Origin: Thermoanaerobaculia bacterium
Lineage (GTDB): Bacteria > Acidobacteriota > Thermoanaerobaculia > UBA5066
Length of the DNA: 57,122 nucleotides
Assembly: GCA_963816185.1 (NCBI GenBank)
Contig: CAWFJJ010000018.1
Span: forward strand, 1 to 57,122
Direction of reading: 5' to 3'
The notes beneath the pieces are model-generated. The model was not told the DNA's origin. It searched no databases and saw only the letters and a program-made list of their open reading frames with translations. Below, piece by piece: positions 20,404 to 29,853 of this stretch (its first letter is position 1; each line of letters begins with the position of its first letter). The translations under genes were made by a program, and so were the position numbers.

Positions 20404-21741
20404 TCAGGCCTTGACGACGTTCGGCCGCGGCTGCCGGTAGACGCCTCGGGTGTCGACGATCAGGGGCGCGGCACGCGCCACGAGCTCGTAGTCGACCGCG
20501 GCGTGGTCCGTAACGAGAACGACGGCGTCCGTCCCCGCAAGCGTCTCGGCCGTCAGCGAAACCGACGTCATCTGCGGCAGGTCGGGCCAGGAGCGCATGT
20601 GCGGCGCCCGGGACACGTGGGGGTCGTGATACGAGACGTTCGCCTTCAGATGCAGGAGCCTGTGGATGACCTCGAAGGCCGGGCTCTCGCGCGGGTCGTC
20701 GATGTCCTTCTTGTAGGCGAGGCCGAGGACGAGGATGCGGCTCCCTTTCACGGCCTTGCCCCGCTCGTTGAGCGCCTCCTGCAGCTTCGCCACGACGTAG
20801 GCCGGCATCTCGACGTTGACTTCGCCCGCAAGCTCGATGAAGCGCGGCGCGACCCCATATTCGCGGGCTTTCCAGGAGAGATAGAAAGGGTCGAGCGGAA
20901 TACAGTGGCCGCCCCACCCCGGGCCCGGGTTGAAGCGCATGAAGCCGAAAGGTTTCGTCGAGGCCGCGTCCAGAACCTCCCAGACGTCGATGCCCATCCG
21001 GTCGAAGACCATCTTGAGCTCGTTGACGAGCGCGATGTTCACCGCCCGGAAGATGTTCTCGACGAGCTTCGTCGCCTCGGCCGCGCGGGCCGACGTGACG
21101 CGAACGGTGCGCGCGATCACCTGGTCGTAGAGGAGCTGGGCGAGGTCCCCCGAGACGGGGTCGAACCCGCCGACGACCTTGGGAATGCTGGCGGTGCCGA
21201 AGTCCTTGTTCCCCGGATCCTCGCGTTCCGGGGAGAAGGCCAGGAAGAACTCCCGGCCGGCGCGCAGGGTCGGTGTCTCCAGGATCCCGCGGAGGAGCTC
21301 GTCCGTCGTCCCCGGATACGTGCTCGACTCCAGGACGACGAGCTGCCCCGGCCGGAGCGTCGCCGCGATCTGCCGCGCCGTCGACACGACGTACCTCATG
21401 TCGGGCTCGCGCTGGGGAGTCAGCGGCGTCGGCACGCAGATGAGGAGGGCGTCAGGCTCCGAAAGGCGCGCGAGGTCGGTCGTCGCCGAAAGCCGCTTTG
21501 TTGCCACGGCGGCCTTCAGCCGCCCGCCGTCCATGTGCTTGATGTAGCTCTCTCCCCGGCAGAGGGCGCCCACCTTGGCGGCGTCCACGTCGAAGCCCAG
21601 CACCGTGAAGCCCTTCTCGATGAAGGTGAGCGCCAGCGGGAGGCCGACGTATCCGAGGCCCAGAATCCCGACGGTTGCCGTGCGATCGGCGAAACGCCTT
21701 CGAAGAGCCTCGGCGAGGTCGGAAGATTCGGTGTTCACCAT
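20404..21741 (-). CDS. UDP-N-acetylhexosamine 6-dehydrogenase (WbpA/TviB/WecC family)
   Basis: GLGYVGLP, ICVPTP, ESSTYPGTT, SPEREDPGN, GGHCIPLDP, GLAYKKDIDDPRESP. Confidence 0.92.
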   Translation of the reverse strand: MVNTESSDLAEALRRRFADRTATVGILGLGYVGLPLALTFIEKGFTVLGFDVDAAKVGALCRGESYIKHMDGGRLKAAVATKRLSATTDLARLSEPDALLICVPTPLTPQREPDMRYVVSTARQIAATLRPGQLVVLESSTYPGTTDELLRGILETPTLRAGREFFLAFSPEREDPGNKDFGTASIPKVVGGFDPVSGDLAQLLYDQVIARTVRVTSARAAEATKLVENIFRAVNIALVNELKMVFDRMGIDVWEVLDAASTKPFGFMRFNPGPGWGGHCIPLDPFYLSWKAREYGVAPRFIELAGEVNVEMPAYVVAKLQEALNERGKAVKGSRILVLGLAYKKDIDDPRESPAFEVIHRLLHLKANVSYHDPHVSRAPHMRSWPDLPQMTSVSLTAETLAGTDAVVLVTDHAAVDYELVARAAPLIVDTRGVYRQPRPNVVKA

Positions 21742-21831
21742 TCGCGTCTCGTTTCGAGCAGAACCGTTCCCCCGCGGGTTGAAGGGAATGGCGGGGAGCC
21801 CCCCCTACGCCGGGAGAGAATCGTCCTCCGA

Positions 21832-21842
21832 AGGCTAGCACA
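21832..21842 (-). promoter_or_regulatory. Putative extended -10 promoter (TGcTAGCCT) for the minus-strand glycan operon
   Basis: TGnTAnnnT match about 90 nt upstream of ATG 21741, in a divergent intergenic region. Confidence 0.35.
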
Positions 21843-21978
21843 GTCCCTTCCGTAGGCGGGGCCTCCTGTGCGATTTCGGAGTCCCGAACAAGGAGTTGAT
21901 CGACACGGCTCGGCCGGCCGCCCCGCGTTCCTTGATGGTAGATTCTCTGCGCTCATGATGGCGATTTTCGGAATCTCG

Positions 21979-23127
21979 ATGAGCAAACGCCTACTGCTGG
22001 TCGCGTGGACGCTGTTTACGACCTTGGGACTGTCGGAGTGCACGGTGCGTCTGGTCACGCGCCGGGCCGGCCACGTGCAGCGGGTGCTGGGCAATCCCTC
22101 GCACTATCTGGTGCCCTTCGATCAGCCGGGCAAGTTCCCGGGGATCACGCCGAGGCCGGGCAGCTACCGCTGCTACGACGCCAAGCTGGGCTGGACGATC
22201 GGGGCCGGCGGGGCCGACGCACCGCTCTACTATGCCGATGCCGACGGCGTACGCTCGTCACAAGCCGATCATGACGCGGGCAAGCACGGGCTACGGGCCG
22301 CGACCGACATCGTCTGTGTCGGTGATTCATTCACGCACGGCGACGAGGTCAGTTTCGAGGGCAGCTGGCCGCATCTGCTCGCCCAGATGACCGGCCGCAA
22401 GGTTCTCAACCTGGGGGTGGGCGGTTATGGCATCGATCAGGCCGCGCTGCGCTACGAGTATGTCGGCGTCCCCGAAAAAGTCGTGCTACTCGGGTTGATT
22501 TCGGGCGACTTCGAGAGGGCGCTGACGCCGATGTACAGCTTCACGCGTGGTGGGCTGAGGTCGAAGCCGATGTTCGTGTTCGACGGCGAGGTGGCGAGGG
22601 TCGTCAACCAGCCCGCGATCGCCGGCGACGACTTGGCGCGCGAATTCGCACTCGGCGCCAGGAGTCCGTTCTTCCGGCTCGACCACAGCTTCGATGCGCG
22701 CATCTTCGAGCATTCATTCTGGGATCACTTGTATGTCGCCCGCATGGTCAAGTCCTTGCTGGTCTGGAAGGCGGCGCGCAAGCCGCCCGTCTATCTCACG
22801 CCTGGCCCCGACTTCGCCTTCTGCATGGCCATCCTGCGTTACCTCGACTCCGTAGCGCGAAGCCGAGGCGCGACGCTCATGGTCGTGCTGCTCGACAATA
22901 GCCCGTCGATGGATGACCGGCGTCACAACGATGACCCGTGGAGGGTCACCCGCGAGGGCCTGGCCGCGGTGGGCATCAAGGTCATCGACACGACTGGACC
23001 GATCTGGAACCAGTATCGCGCTGACCCCAAGTCCGTGATCAACCCAAGGGGCGTGCACTACACCCCACAGGCCAATGCGCTGGTAGCAAGCTCGGTGGCC
23101 GAAGGGCTGACCAGGCTAGCCCTGTGA
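21979..23127 (+). CDS. SGNH/GDSL hydrolase family protein with N-terminal membrane anchor
   Basis: GDSFTHG, NLGVGGYG, C-terminal GVHYT. Start uncertain (21955/21979). Confidence 0.75.
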   Translation: MSKRLLLVAWTLFTTLGLSECTVRLVTRRAGHVQRVLGNPSHYLVPFDQPGKFPGITPRPGSYRCYDAKLGWTIGAGGADAPLYYADADGVRSSQADHDAGKHGLRAATDIVCVGDSFTHGDEVSFEGSWPHLLAQMTGRKVLNLGVGGYGIDQAALRYEYVGVPEKVVLLGLISGDFERALTPMYSFTRGGLRSKPMFVFDGEVARVVNQPAIAGDDLAREFALGARSPFFRLDHSFDARIFEHSFWDHLYVARMVKSLLVWKAARKPPVYLTPGPDFAFCMAILRYLDSVARSRGATLMVVLLDNSPSMDDRRHNDDPWRVTREGLAAVGIKVIDTTGPIWNQYRADPKSVINPRGVHYTPQANALVASSVAEGLTRLAL

Positions 23128-23135
23128 GGCGGCCT

Positions 23136-23300
23136 CCCTCAGATTCGCGGACGGAAGACGGGCTTGACGGACCGGCACTCGAGGAAGCGCTCGATTCCGC
23201 CGTCGAGCGCCTGCCGGTAGACGCGCAGCGCCTCGCCGACCGCCTCGATCGTCCGGTCTATGTCTTCGTCGCGGTGGGAGTAGCTGACTACCAGAGAAGC
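23136..23300. repeat. Direct repeat copy 1 (aminotransferase 3-prime end); copy 2 at ~29136-29299
   Basis: agattcgcggacggaagacgggcttgacggaccggc... occurs at both 23141 and 29141. Confidence 0.85.
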
Positions 23301-23466
23301 CGTTCGCCATCGCCTTGCCGAACGCCGAGAGGTCGGGCACGATACCGTAGAGCTTTTACGCGCCGTCGGGGATGGTCGCATGAGCCCGCGCCCGCAGCGC
23401 AGCCGCACCAGGGGGCCCGATCAGACGGGGCGCTGGGTTTTTAGAGCCTGGGGGGTTCGCGGTCAT
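23139..23466 (-). pseudogene. Collapsed class III (GSA-aminomutase-like) aminotransferase relic A
   Basis: Three stitched pieces: N-terminal RARAHATIP(D)GA, PLP-lysine motif PDLSAFGKAMANGF, and C-terminal LVVSYSHRDEDIDRT...VKPVFRPRI. Confidence 0.85.
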
Positions 23467-23871
23467 GGCATTTGAGTGACCTTGTCTTAAGGGGCAGGGA
23501 CACTGCGAAACCCGACCACGAACGCGACTACGAAGGCTACCACGGCAACCCCGCCGGCAGGGAGCCGCCTCTGCTTCCCTCTCCAGGTTACCTTCAAATC
23601 GCCGTCGCGCCTTTACGTCCAGACTCAAGGCGGAGGGTCAGCTCCCCTCCCCGGCGGGCTTCGCTCGTCGCGCTTTCCCCTCATGATAGCAATGTGGTTC
23701 TCGGCGCACTACGGCTCGTCTCTCGCTAACCACCACTCCCTTCAAGCCCTCAAACCTGGACTGGTGGGTCAGGCAAACCCGAGAGCACGCTTTGGCACTG
23801 GGTCTATGAGCCGCGCAGCAACAACAAATTGTCGTATCGCGTCTCCTAAGACGCCATAGAATCTAGAGGCC

Positions 23872-25413
23872 GTGCTTCCTTCGCCCGGAATCAGGGAGTG
23901 GGTTACCGACCGCGAAAGACCCGCCTTATATGCGGTCCTCGCGGTGTTCGTTCTTCTCGTGATTGCCCTCGGCGCCGTTTGGGGCTTCCCCGTACAGGAT
24001 GATGGATACGTCTTCCGGCTGCTTCGGGAGGGGGGGCCACGAGAAATCGTGAAGCTGCATGCCGGGCGGCCGCTTTACGGCTTCGTGCTCGCTCAGACTG
24101 CGCGACTGTTTGGGGAGCACAGACTCCTTTACATCGCGCTGGGGCTTTTGGCGTGGTCGCTACTGGCCGCGGAGACGGCGGCGCTATGGAAGCGACTCTA
24201 CCCCGATCTCCGCTCACTCTGGCCGGTAGCTGCTCTCGCTTCGGTTTCCCCGGTCCTGGCGCATGTGCAGTTCTCGAATGTAACTACAATTTATCCCTGC
24301 CTGCTGCCCGTTGAGTTGGTTCTCGTGGCGGTGATCGTGAGCCTCTCTCGTAGGGATTCGCTCGCGACGGTCGCTACCTTCCTTCTCGCCGCTGCAGCCG
24401 CAGCCGTGAGTGAGTATGGAATAGCGACGAGCATCGCGGCGACTGCGTTTTTTCTCGTCCGGAGGGAGAAGCGACTTGCGGGAACGATCTTCATTGGCGC
24501 CGTCGCCGGTTATGCGATTTACTACGCGATGGGTGACGTTGCAGAACGGGGGCAGACCAATCCTTCTGTCCAGTGGAGTCGGTGGGCCGAGCGGCCGGCG
24601 GTGCCAATTCCGCGGATCGTGGCAGCCGCTTGGGACTGCGTGGCTGGAGTGTGGGGACGGGCGGCCGGCGGGCTCGAGCTGGACTGGACCTCGAAATCAT
24701 CGCTCCTTGCAACGGCCCTCGGTCTTCTTGTAGCTCTTGTCGTTGCGCGATTAACTAGGCTGCCTGCCGTGCCAGACAGGGATCCGCCCCCGCCTGCCCC
24801 TGGTAGGCTCGGTGCGCTCATGGCGGCCGTGGCGGCCGGGCTGATCCCAGTGGTGGCCGTGAGGGGCTGGCCGCTGAGCGGGCAATTCTCGACGCGGTTC
24901 CTGCTGCCGGTCTCTACCTTCGCGTGCTTAACCACGATCGGGATTCTGGCCCTCGTCGTTCGCCGCCGGTATCTGCCCATTGCAGTGGCTTTGTTGGCTT
25001 TCCTTGCCGCCGACCAGCTCGTCACGGGGGCATGGGAGGAGCGGCGCCTGTCCCTCCAGTTCGCCCGGACGAGCGCAGCGCTGCGGCCGCTAATCCATCA
25101 CACCGACGGCCTCACCGTTCTGGTCGAAGGCGCCTGGCCGGACCGACACGTCCAGGAGCTGATTTGTCGCATGACGGATCAGTGGGATCTCGAGGATGCG
25201 CAACGATTGTGGATTGAGCGACCAAAAGCCGCCCTTGATCTGTTTGGCGGCCGACCGGGCTGCCGTGACTTGTCTTCTCTGACGATCCATCCGGGGCAGC
25301 CTAATTTTTTGCGACCACATGGTCCTATTGCGCAGCTTTTCTTCCAGGACTCCGCCGATTCGCCCGACCTACAGCCCTACTACCTTGGCTGCCTTCACGC
25401 TCCAAGACCTTAG
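23872..25413 (+). CDS. Polytopic membrane protein, probable GT-C fold glycosyltransferase
   Basis: About 11 TM segments, acidic QDD after TM1, GRPL motif, YGI/SEY motif, C-terminal soluble domain. Confidence 0.55.
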   Translation: MLPSPGIREWVTDRERPALYAVLAVFVLLVIALGAVWGFPVQDDGYVFRLLREGGPREIVKLHAGRPLYGFVLAQTARLFGEHRLLYIALGLLAWSLLAAETAALWKRLYPDLRSLWPVAALASVSPVLAHVQFSNVTTIYPCLLPVELVLVAVIVSLSRRDSLATVATFLLAAAAAAVSEYGIATSIAATAFFLVRREKRLAGTIFIGAVAGYAIYYAMGDVAERGQTNPSVQWSRWAERPAVPIPRIVAAAWDCVAGVWGRAAGGLELDWTSKSSLLATALGLLVALVVARLTRLPAVPDRDPPPPAPGRLGALMAAVAAGLIPVVAVRGWPLSGQFSTRFLLPVSTFACLTTIGILALVVRRRYLPIAVALLAFLAADQLVTGAWEERRLSLQFARTSAALRPLIHHTDGLTVLVEGAWPDRHVQELICRMTDQWDLEDAQRLWIERPKAALDLFGGRPGCRDLSSLTIHPGQPNFLRPHGPIAQLFFQDSADSPDLQPYYLGCLHAPRP

Positions 25414-25439
25414 CTGGCTCAGTGGATCGTCGGAACAGG

Positions 25440-25690
25440 CCAAGCCCACCTCGGCGCAGCTTCTGACCACTTTGCCATTCCTCCGACTATTCGAGCTGGG
25501 ATGCCCCGGCGCGCGTGCACCAGCGGTATCCGATCGTGGGCGAGATGTTGAAGGGGCACAGCGTCTCCGAAGTGGCCGACCGCGTGGGGTGCCAGTTTAC
25601 GATGGCGTATGACTGGATTCAGCGCTTCAACGACTCGGGTTTCAGATCCCTCGAGCAGGTGCCTCGGCAATGCCGATCATCCCCTCACCC
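25440..25690 (+). mobile_element. Degenerate IS630-family transposase N-terminal HTH relic
   Basis: GHSVSEVADRVGCQFTMAYDWIQRFNDSGFRSLEQVPR fits the winged-HTH pattern of IS630 transposases. No DDE domain follows. Confidence 0.6.
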
Positions 25691-25834
25691 GCATCCGATC
25701 CATCAGCCCAGTCAAGTTTGAGCAGCACTAGGAGACACGGCCCCCGGCAGTTCCGATTGCGCCCGTGCGGACGACAACGAAACCGTTCAGCACTGACAGG
25801 ACTGCCTATCGCCTGGCTTGGCAACTGGTGCCCC

Positions 25835-26881
25835 TCAGGCGGGGCGGTCCCGCTGGCTAGTGTCCCTCGTCGAGCAGTTCCATTGCAATGAAGTGTCGGC
25901 CTTCGGCTTCATCGATGACGCGGAGCGAAACTCTGAAAGCGTCCGGCCTTCGACGCCGCGAGACGCGGCGTGCGCGAAGAGCCGTTCGAGGTCCCCGTAA
26001 AGGATCTCGATCTCTTCGCCGTTCTGGAAGGTGGGGCTTCCGCCTGGCATGAACTCGGAGGAGTGCAGCATGAACTCCACGACCGGGGATCCGCGGTCGA
26101 CCGCCCAGTCCACTACCGAGAGCAGCGTCTGCAGGTTCTTCCCGTTGGGGCGCAGCCAGCTGACGGGAGCCCCGTAGATCCGGCGGATGGACTTGCCGAT
26201 CCGCCATTCGCGAAAGGCGCGGTGGACCTTCTCGACGAGCGGATGGTAGTTGGACCGAATCGTCATCGGCACTTCGAGCATCGGCGAGCGGCCGGGGCGG
26301 GAGACGTCGTCGAGGTCCAGAAAGTAGGGGTCCCCGGGGAACCCGAAGTATTCGGGCCCGCCGCGGCCTTCCGGATCGCCCTTGTGCCTCTTCCAGGACA
26401 CGCCCGGGGTCACCGAGCAATCCACGTCATAGCCCGCCTCGACAAGGACCCGGGCCACCCTTTCGTCGAAGCCCCAACGCCCCGCGCGGTGCGACTTCGG
26501 CTGGATTTCGAAGGTGAGCCGCAGGAGGTCCGTCTGGCTGCGGATCTTGGCTCGCAGCAGGTCGTCCGACAGCTCGTAAAGGTAGAGATGGTGCCAGCGT
26601 GGATCCGGCGCGGCCGGATCGAGCGGCGGAGAGTTCCACGGGTGAACGTGCAGGCCGATCTCGCCGGCATTCTCCCGAAGCACGCTTCTTCCGAACGCGT
26701 GGAAGCGGGGATCGCTCGCCATCTCGTAATTCACGAGGTAGGTCGGCTTGAAGCCGAACTTCCGGCAGAGGTCCTGGAACCGGGGAAGGAATCGCGCGTT
26801 CTCGGTCGTGATCCGCTCAGGATGTCCCCAGATGTTGTCGCCCTCGGTGTCGATGGTGAGGACGAACGCCGGTTTCGTCAT
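25835..26881 (-). CDS. Polysaccharide deacetylase (WalW-like)
   Basis: LTIDTEGD, KPTYLV, EIGLHVHPWNSPP, HRAGRWG, DCSVTP, LHSSEFMPGGSP. Confidence 0.85.
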   Translation of the reverse strand: MTKPAFVLTIDTEGDNIWGHPERITTENARFLPRFQDLCRKFGFKPTYLVNYEMASDPRFHAFGRSVLRENAGEIGLHVHPWNSPPLDPAAPDPRWHHLYLYELSDDLLRAKIRSQTDLLRLTFEIQPKSHRAGRWGFDERVARVLVEAGYDVDCSVTPGVSWKRHKGDPEGRGGPEYFGFPGDPYFLDLDDVSRPGRSPMLEVPMTIRSNYHPLVEKVHRAFREWRIGKSIRRIYGAPVSWLRPNGKNLQTLLSVVDWAVDRGSPVVEFMLHSSEFMPGGSPTFQNGEEIEILYGDLERLFAHAASRGVEGRTLSEFRSASSMKPKADTSLQWNCSTRDTSQRDRPA

Positions 26882-28647
26882 TTCCCCTCCTCGAGCGCCC
26901 GGACCAGCCCGTCGACCGCCGCCGCGACCTCGGCGTAGCAGCGGCGAAACTCCTCGACCGGCTTGCTCCAGGGGTCGGCGATGACGACTCCGCGGGACGA
27001 ACCATTGAAGGCCCCCAGGTAGAGCGCTTTCTCCTTCGCCTCGGGGGAAGTGGACCGGAGGAGCCTCCGGTCACGCTCGTCCATGCAGACGATCGCGCCC
27101 GCCCACGAAGCTAGGGCGGAGTCGAGGACTCGCGAGCGATTGTCTTCAAGCGAGATTCCGTGCTCCCGGCTCGCCTCGCGGGCCGCCTCCGGCGACGGCC
27201 GGCCCTCGACCGAGTAGCTTCCCGCCGACGAGGTTTCGACGGAACCGAGGCCCGCGGCGGCGAGCCGTCGTCTCGCGTACGCCTCGGCGAACGGGCTCCG
27301 GCAAATGTTCCCGCGACAGACGAAGAGAATTCTCGGGGTGGTGCGCAGGAGGCGCCGGAGCTTGCGCCGCTGGAGGCTCCGCCAGAGCTTCGTCGAGGCG
27401 GCGAGCGAGAAGGTCGCCCGCCGGAGGCGGTTCAGAGCCCTTCGCGCGAGCTGCCGCGTCGAAGAAACGAGGCCGCTCCACAGCTCAACCGCGCCCGGCG
27501 CCGGATCGTCGAGTGTGATCGTGTCGCAATGCTCCCGGCCCGCGAGCAAGTTCCGGGCTGCCGCGGCAAGCTCGCCGGTGACCAGACCGATCCGCGACGA
27601 GCCCCTCGGTGCTGCGCGGAGGCGTTCCTTGAACCAGCCCAGATCCTTGCGGAGGTTCCGACAATAGACACCGGTCCGGTAGGAGGTCGTGCGTGGAGAT
27701 ACCTGCCCCGTCAGCGCCTGGTAGAGCTGGTAGGGGAAATCCACGCCTGCGGCCACGGCGAGCGGCAGCGATCCCCAGAACCGTCCATTGATCTCCATCA
27801 GGGCGAACTCTCGTGTGGCCGGGTTCTGCCTGTACTCGACCATCGCCACGCCTGTCCAGCGCAGATGCCCGAGCAGGCGCCGGGAGCACTCCAGCAGGCG
27901 CTCGTCCAGCGGGACACTCTTGCGGTAGCTGCTCCCACCGCCGGCGAGCGGCTCGTGGACCCGCTCGTGCTGGAACGCGTCGAGAATCTCGCCGCCGGAA
28001 GCCAGGAACTCCTGGCCCACCCCACGCCCCTCGAAGTAGCTCTGAATTAGAACCGGAGACAGCTCCAAGGCCGCGCCGGCCAGCGCGGAGAGCACGGACG
28101 CGTCCCGGGCCCTGCGAACTTTCAGGTGGAACCGCTTTCCGTCCCTCCAGATCTGCGACGAGACGGGCTTGACAATCCGCGGAAATCGAAGCTCCGGGCG
28201 CGCGAGCAGCCCAGCGAGAGCGTCGCGGCTCTCGACGAGAACCGAAGTCGGCGTGGGTACTCCCAGGCGCCCCGCCAGCTCCAACGTCTTGCTCTTGACA
28301 TAGCTGTGCTCGAATCCTGCCTCGTCTGGAATCGCGAGTGTGGCCAAAGGCGCGAACTCGGCCCGGCACCCGAACAGGGGCACGAGAGCGTGATCCGTGC
28401 ACGGGATGACGAGATCGAAGGTTTCGCGCGACAGCAGGCCGCGCAATCGAGCTAGCCACTCTTCGACCGCGACCTCCGTGGAGGGCAGAAGAACCGTGCG
28501 GGCGACGTATCGGGAGCGGGGAACGACGGAGTCGGCGGTCTCCGAGCCCAGCCAGACCTCGATTCCCCGGCGACCCAGAGACCGCACGATCGTCAGGCAG
28601 CTTCGATTGTCGTCTCCGAGAACCAAGACGCGCCCACTCCTTGCCAT
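26878..28647 (-). CDS. Fusion of an ATP-grasp carboxylate-amine ligase and a low-molecular-weight protein-tyrosine phosphatase
   Basis: N-part: IVRSLGRRG, IVKP, MVEY, MEINGRFWGS, GVDFP. C-part: P-loop FVCRGNICRSPFAE, SAG, IADPW. Confidence 0.85.
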   Translation of the reverse strand: MARSGRVLVLGDDNRSCLTIVRSLGRRGIEVWLGSETADSVVPRSRYVARTVLLPSTEVAVEEWLARLRGLLSRETFDLVIPCTDHALVPLFGCRAEFAPLATLAIPDEAGFEHSYVKSKTLELAGRLGVPTPTSVLVESRDALAGLLARPELRFPRIVKPVSSQIWRDGKRFHLKVRRARDASVLSALAGAALELSPVLIQSYFEGRGVGQEFLASGGEILDAFQHERVHEPLAGGGSSYRKSVPLDERLLECSRRLLGHLRWTGVAMVEYRQNPATREFALMEINGRFWGSLPLAVAAGVDFPYQLYQALTGQVSPRTTSYRTGVYCRNLRKDLGWFKERLRAAPRGSSRIGLVTGELAAAARNLLAGREHCDTITLDDPAPGAVELWSGLVSSTRQLARRALNRLRRATFSLAASTKLWRSLQRRKLRRLLRTTPRILFVCRGNICRSPFAEAYARRRLAAAGLGSVETSSAGSYSVEGRPSPEAAREASREHGISLEDNRSRVLDSALASWAGAIVCMDERDRRLLRSTSPEAKEKALYLGAFNGSSRGVVIADPWSKPVEEFRRCYAEVAAAVDGLVRALEEGK

Positions 28648-28676
28648 CGCCCCGTCAGGATAACGAAATCGCCGTC

Positions 28677-28830
28677 TCAGCACCGCCCGAGGCCCATCAC
28701 CCAGAGGTCCTCGCCGAGGTCGTCCAGGCGCGTGGCGATAAGGGCCGTCCAGCCGGTCTGGCAGGAGGCGCCGAGGCCCTGGCCGGTGTCGCCTTGGAAG
28801 TACCCAGGGATACGAACTTTGATTTCGGCC
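28677..28830 (-). pseudogene. C-terminal relic of an MGH1/GH63-like glucosidase
   Basis: YFQGDTGQGLGASCQTGWTALI matches the EYFxGDxGxGxGASHQTGWT C-terminal motif, with degenerate residues. Confidence 0.65.
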
Positions 28831-29138
28831 GAAGTGCCGTTGAGAGTCCGGATGGGTGGTCGGGAGGCCCTTGGGGCCTCGCCGCGCCGGCGCAGCACCA
28901 GAGGAGAGGGGTCGCAAAGGCCGGTGACTTCGTCAACCACGACTGGAACGAGCCCGAAACCTCGCAGCCAATCTGGACCTAAATTGGGGTGAGGACCCGT
29001 GGCGCAGTCGGTGGCCGACGAGTTGGCCAGCCTTTCTCTGTGCCGGAGCGCTCTTCTTGCCGGAAGGGCCTCGAGGCGGCTGACACAGGGAGGCTTCCTC
29101 CTTGGGGAGCAGAGCGGTCCCCCCTGTGGAAGCGCTCC

Positions 29139-29808
29139 TCAGATTCGCGGACGGAAGACGGGCTTGACGGACCGGCCCTCGAGGAAGCGCTCGATTCCGC
29201 CGTCGAGCGCCTGCCGGTAGACGCGCAGCGCCTCGCCGATGGCCTCGACCGTCGATCGATGTCTTCGTCGCGGTGGGAGAAGCTGACCACCAGAGAAGGC
29301 ATGAGGATGCCGCGCTTCAAGGTCTCCTGCAGAACCAGCGTCCGGAAGGCCTGCGATCCCGGCCCATCATCTGAAAATGTCCCGCAACGCCGAGCCTCCG
29401 AGCGGCGTCTTCGATCCCCGCTCTCAGTCGCGCGCCCTGGCGGTGGAGCACTTCGACGACTGCTTCGCGCTCGTAGATCTTCATCGTCTCGATCGCCGCT
29501 GCGAGCGCGTGAGTCTCGGCACCGTGCGTCGTGGAGAGCAGGAAAACGCGTTCCTGGTCGTAGTAGAGACCGCCGCGCTCCATGAGAGCGCACTTGCCGA
29601 CGAGGGCCGAGACGGCGAAGCCGTTCGCCATCGCCTTCCCGAAGGCGGCGAGGTCCGGAACCACGCCGTAAGCCTTTTGCGCGGCGCTGAGGTGCCAGCG
29701 GAAGCGAGTGATCATCTCGTCGAAAATAAGGACCGTTCCCTCCGCATCGCACAATCGCCGGAGGTGCGCGAGGAATCCGGGCGCGGGCTCATGGACGGCT
29801 GCGGGCTG
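29139..29808 (-). pseudogene. Class III aminotransferase relic B (C-terminal half)
   Basis: EPAPGFL..LIFDEMITRFRWH..PDLAAFGKAMANGF..FLLSTTHGAETH..SQAFRTLVLQE, with an internal deletion and frameshifts. Confidence 0.85.
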
Positions 29809-29853
29809 ACAAGGGCGCTAACCGCTTCGCGGCACGCCCCGCGCTTTCGGTGC

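Noticed and set aside
21799-21805. C7/G7 tract in the operon leader as a phase-variation switch
   Set aside because: It is too short and unremarkable for this GC content, and is not within the putative promoter spacer.
28965-28996. IS3-like terminal inverted repeat look-alike (ctggacctaaattggggtgagga; similar at ~23756)
   Set aside because: No partner inverted repeat, target duplication or transposase was found.
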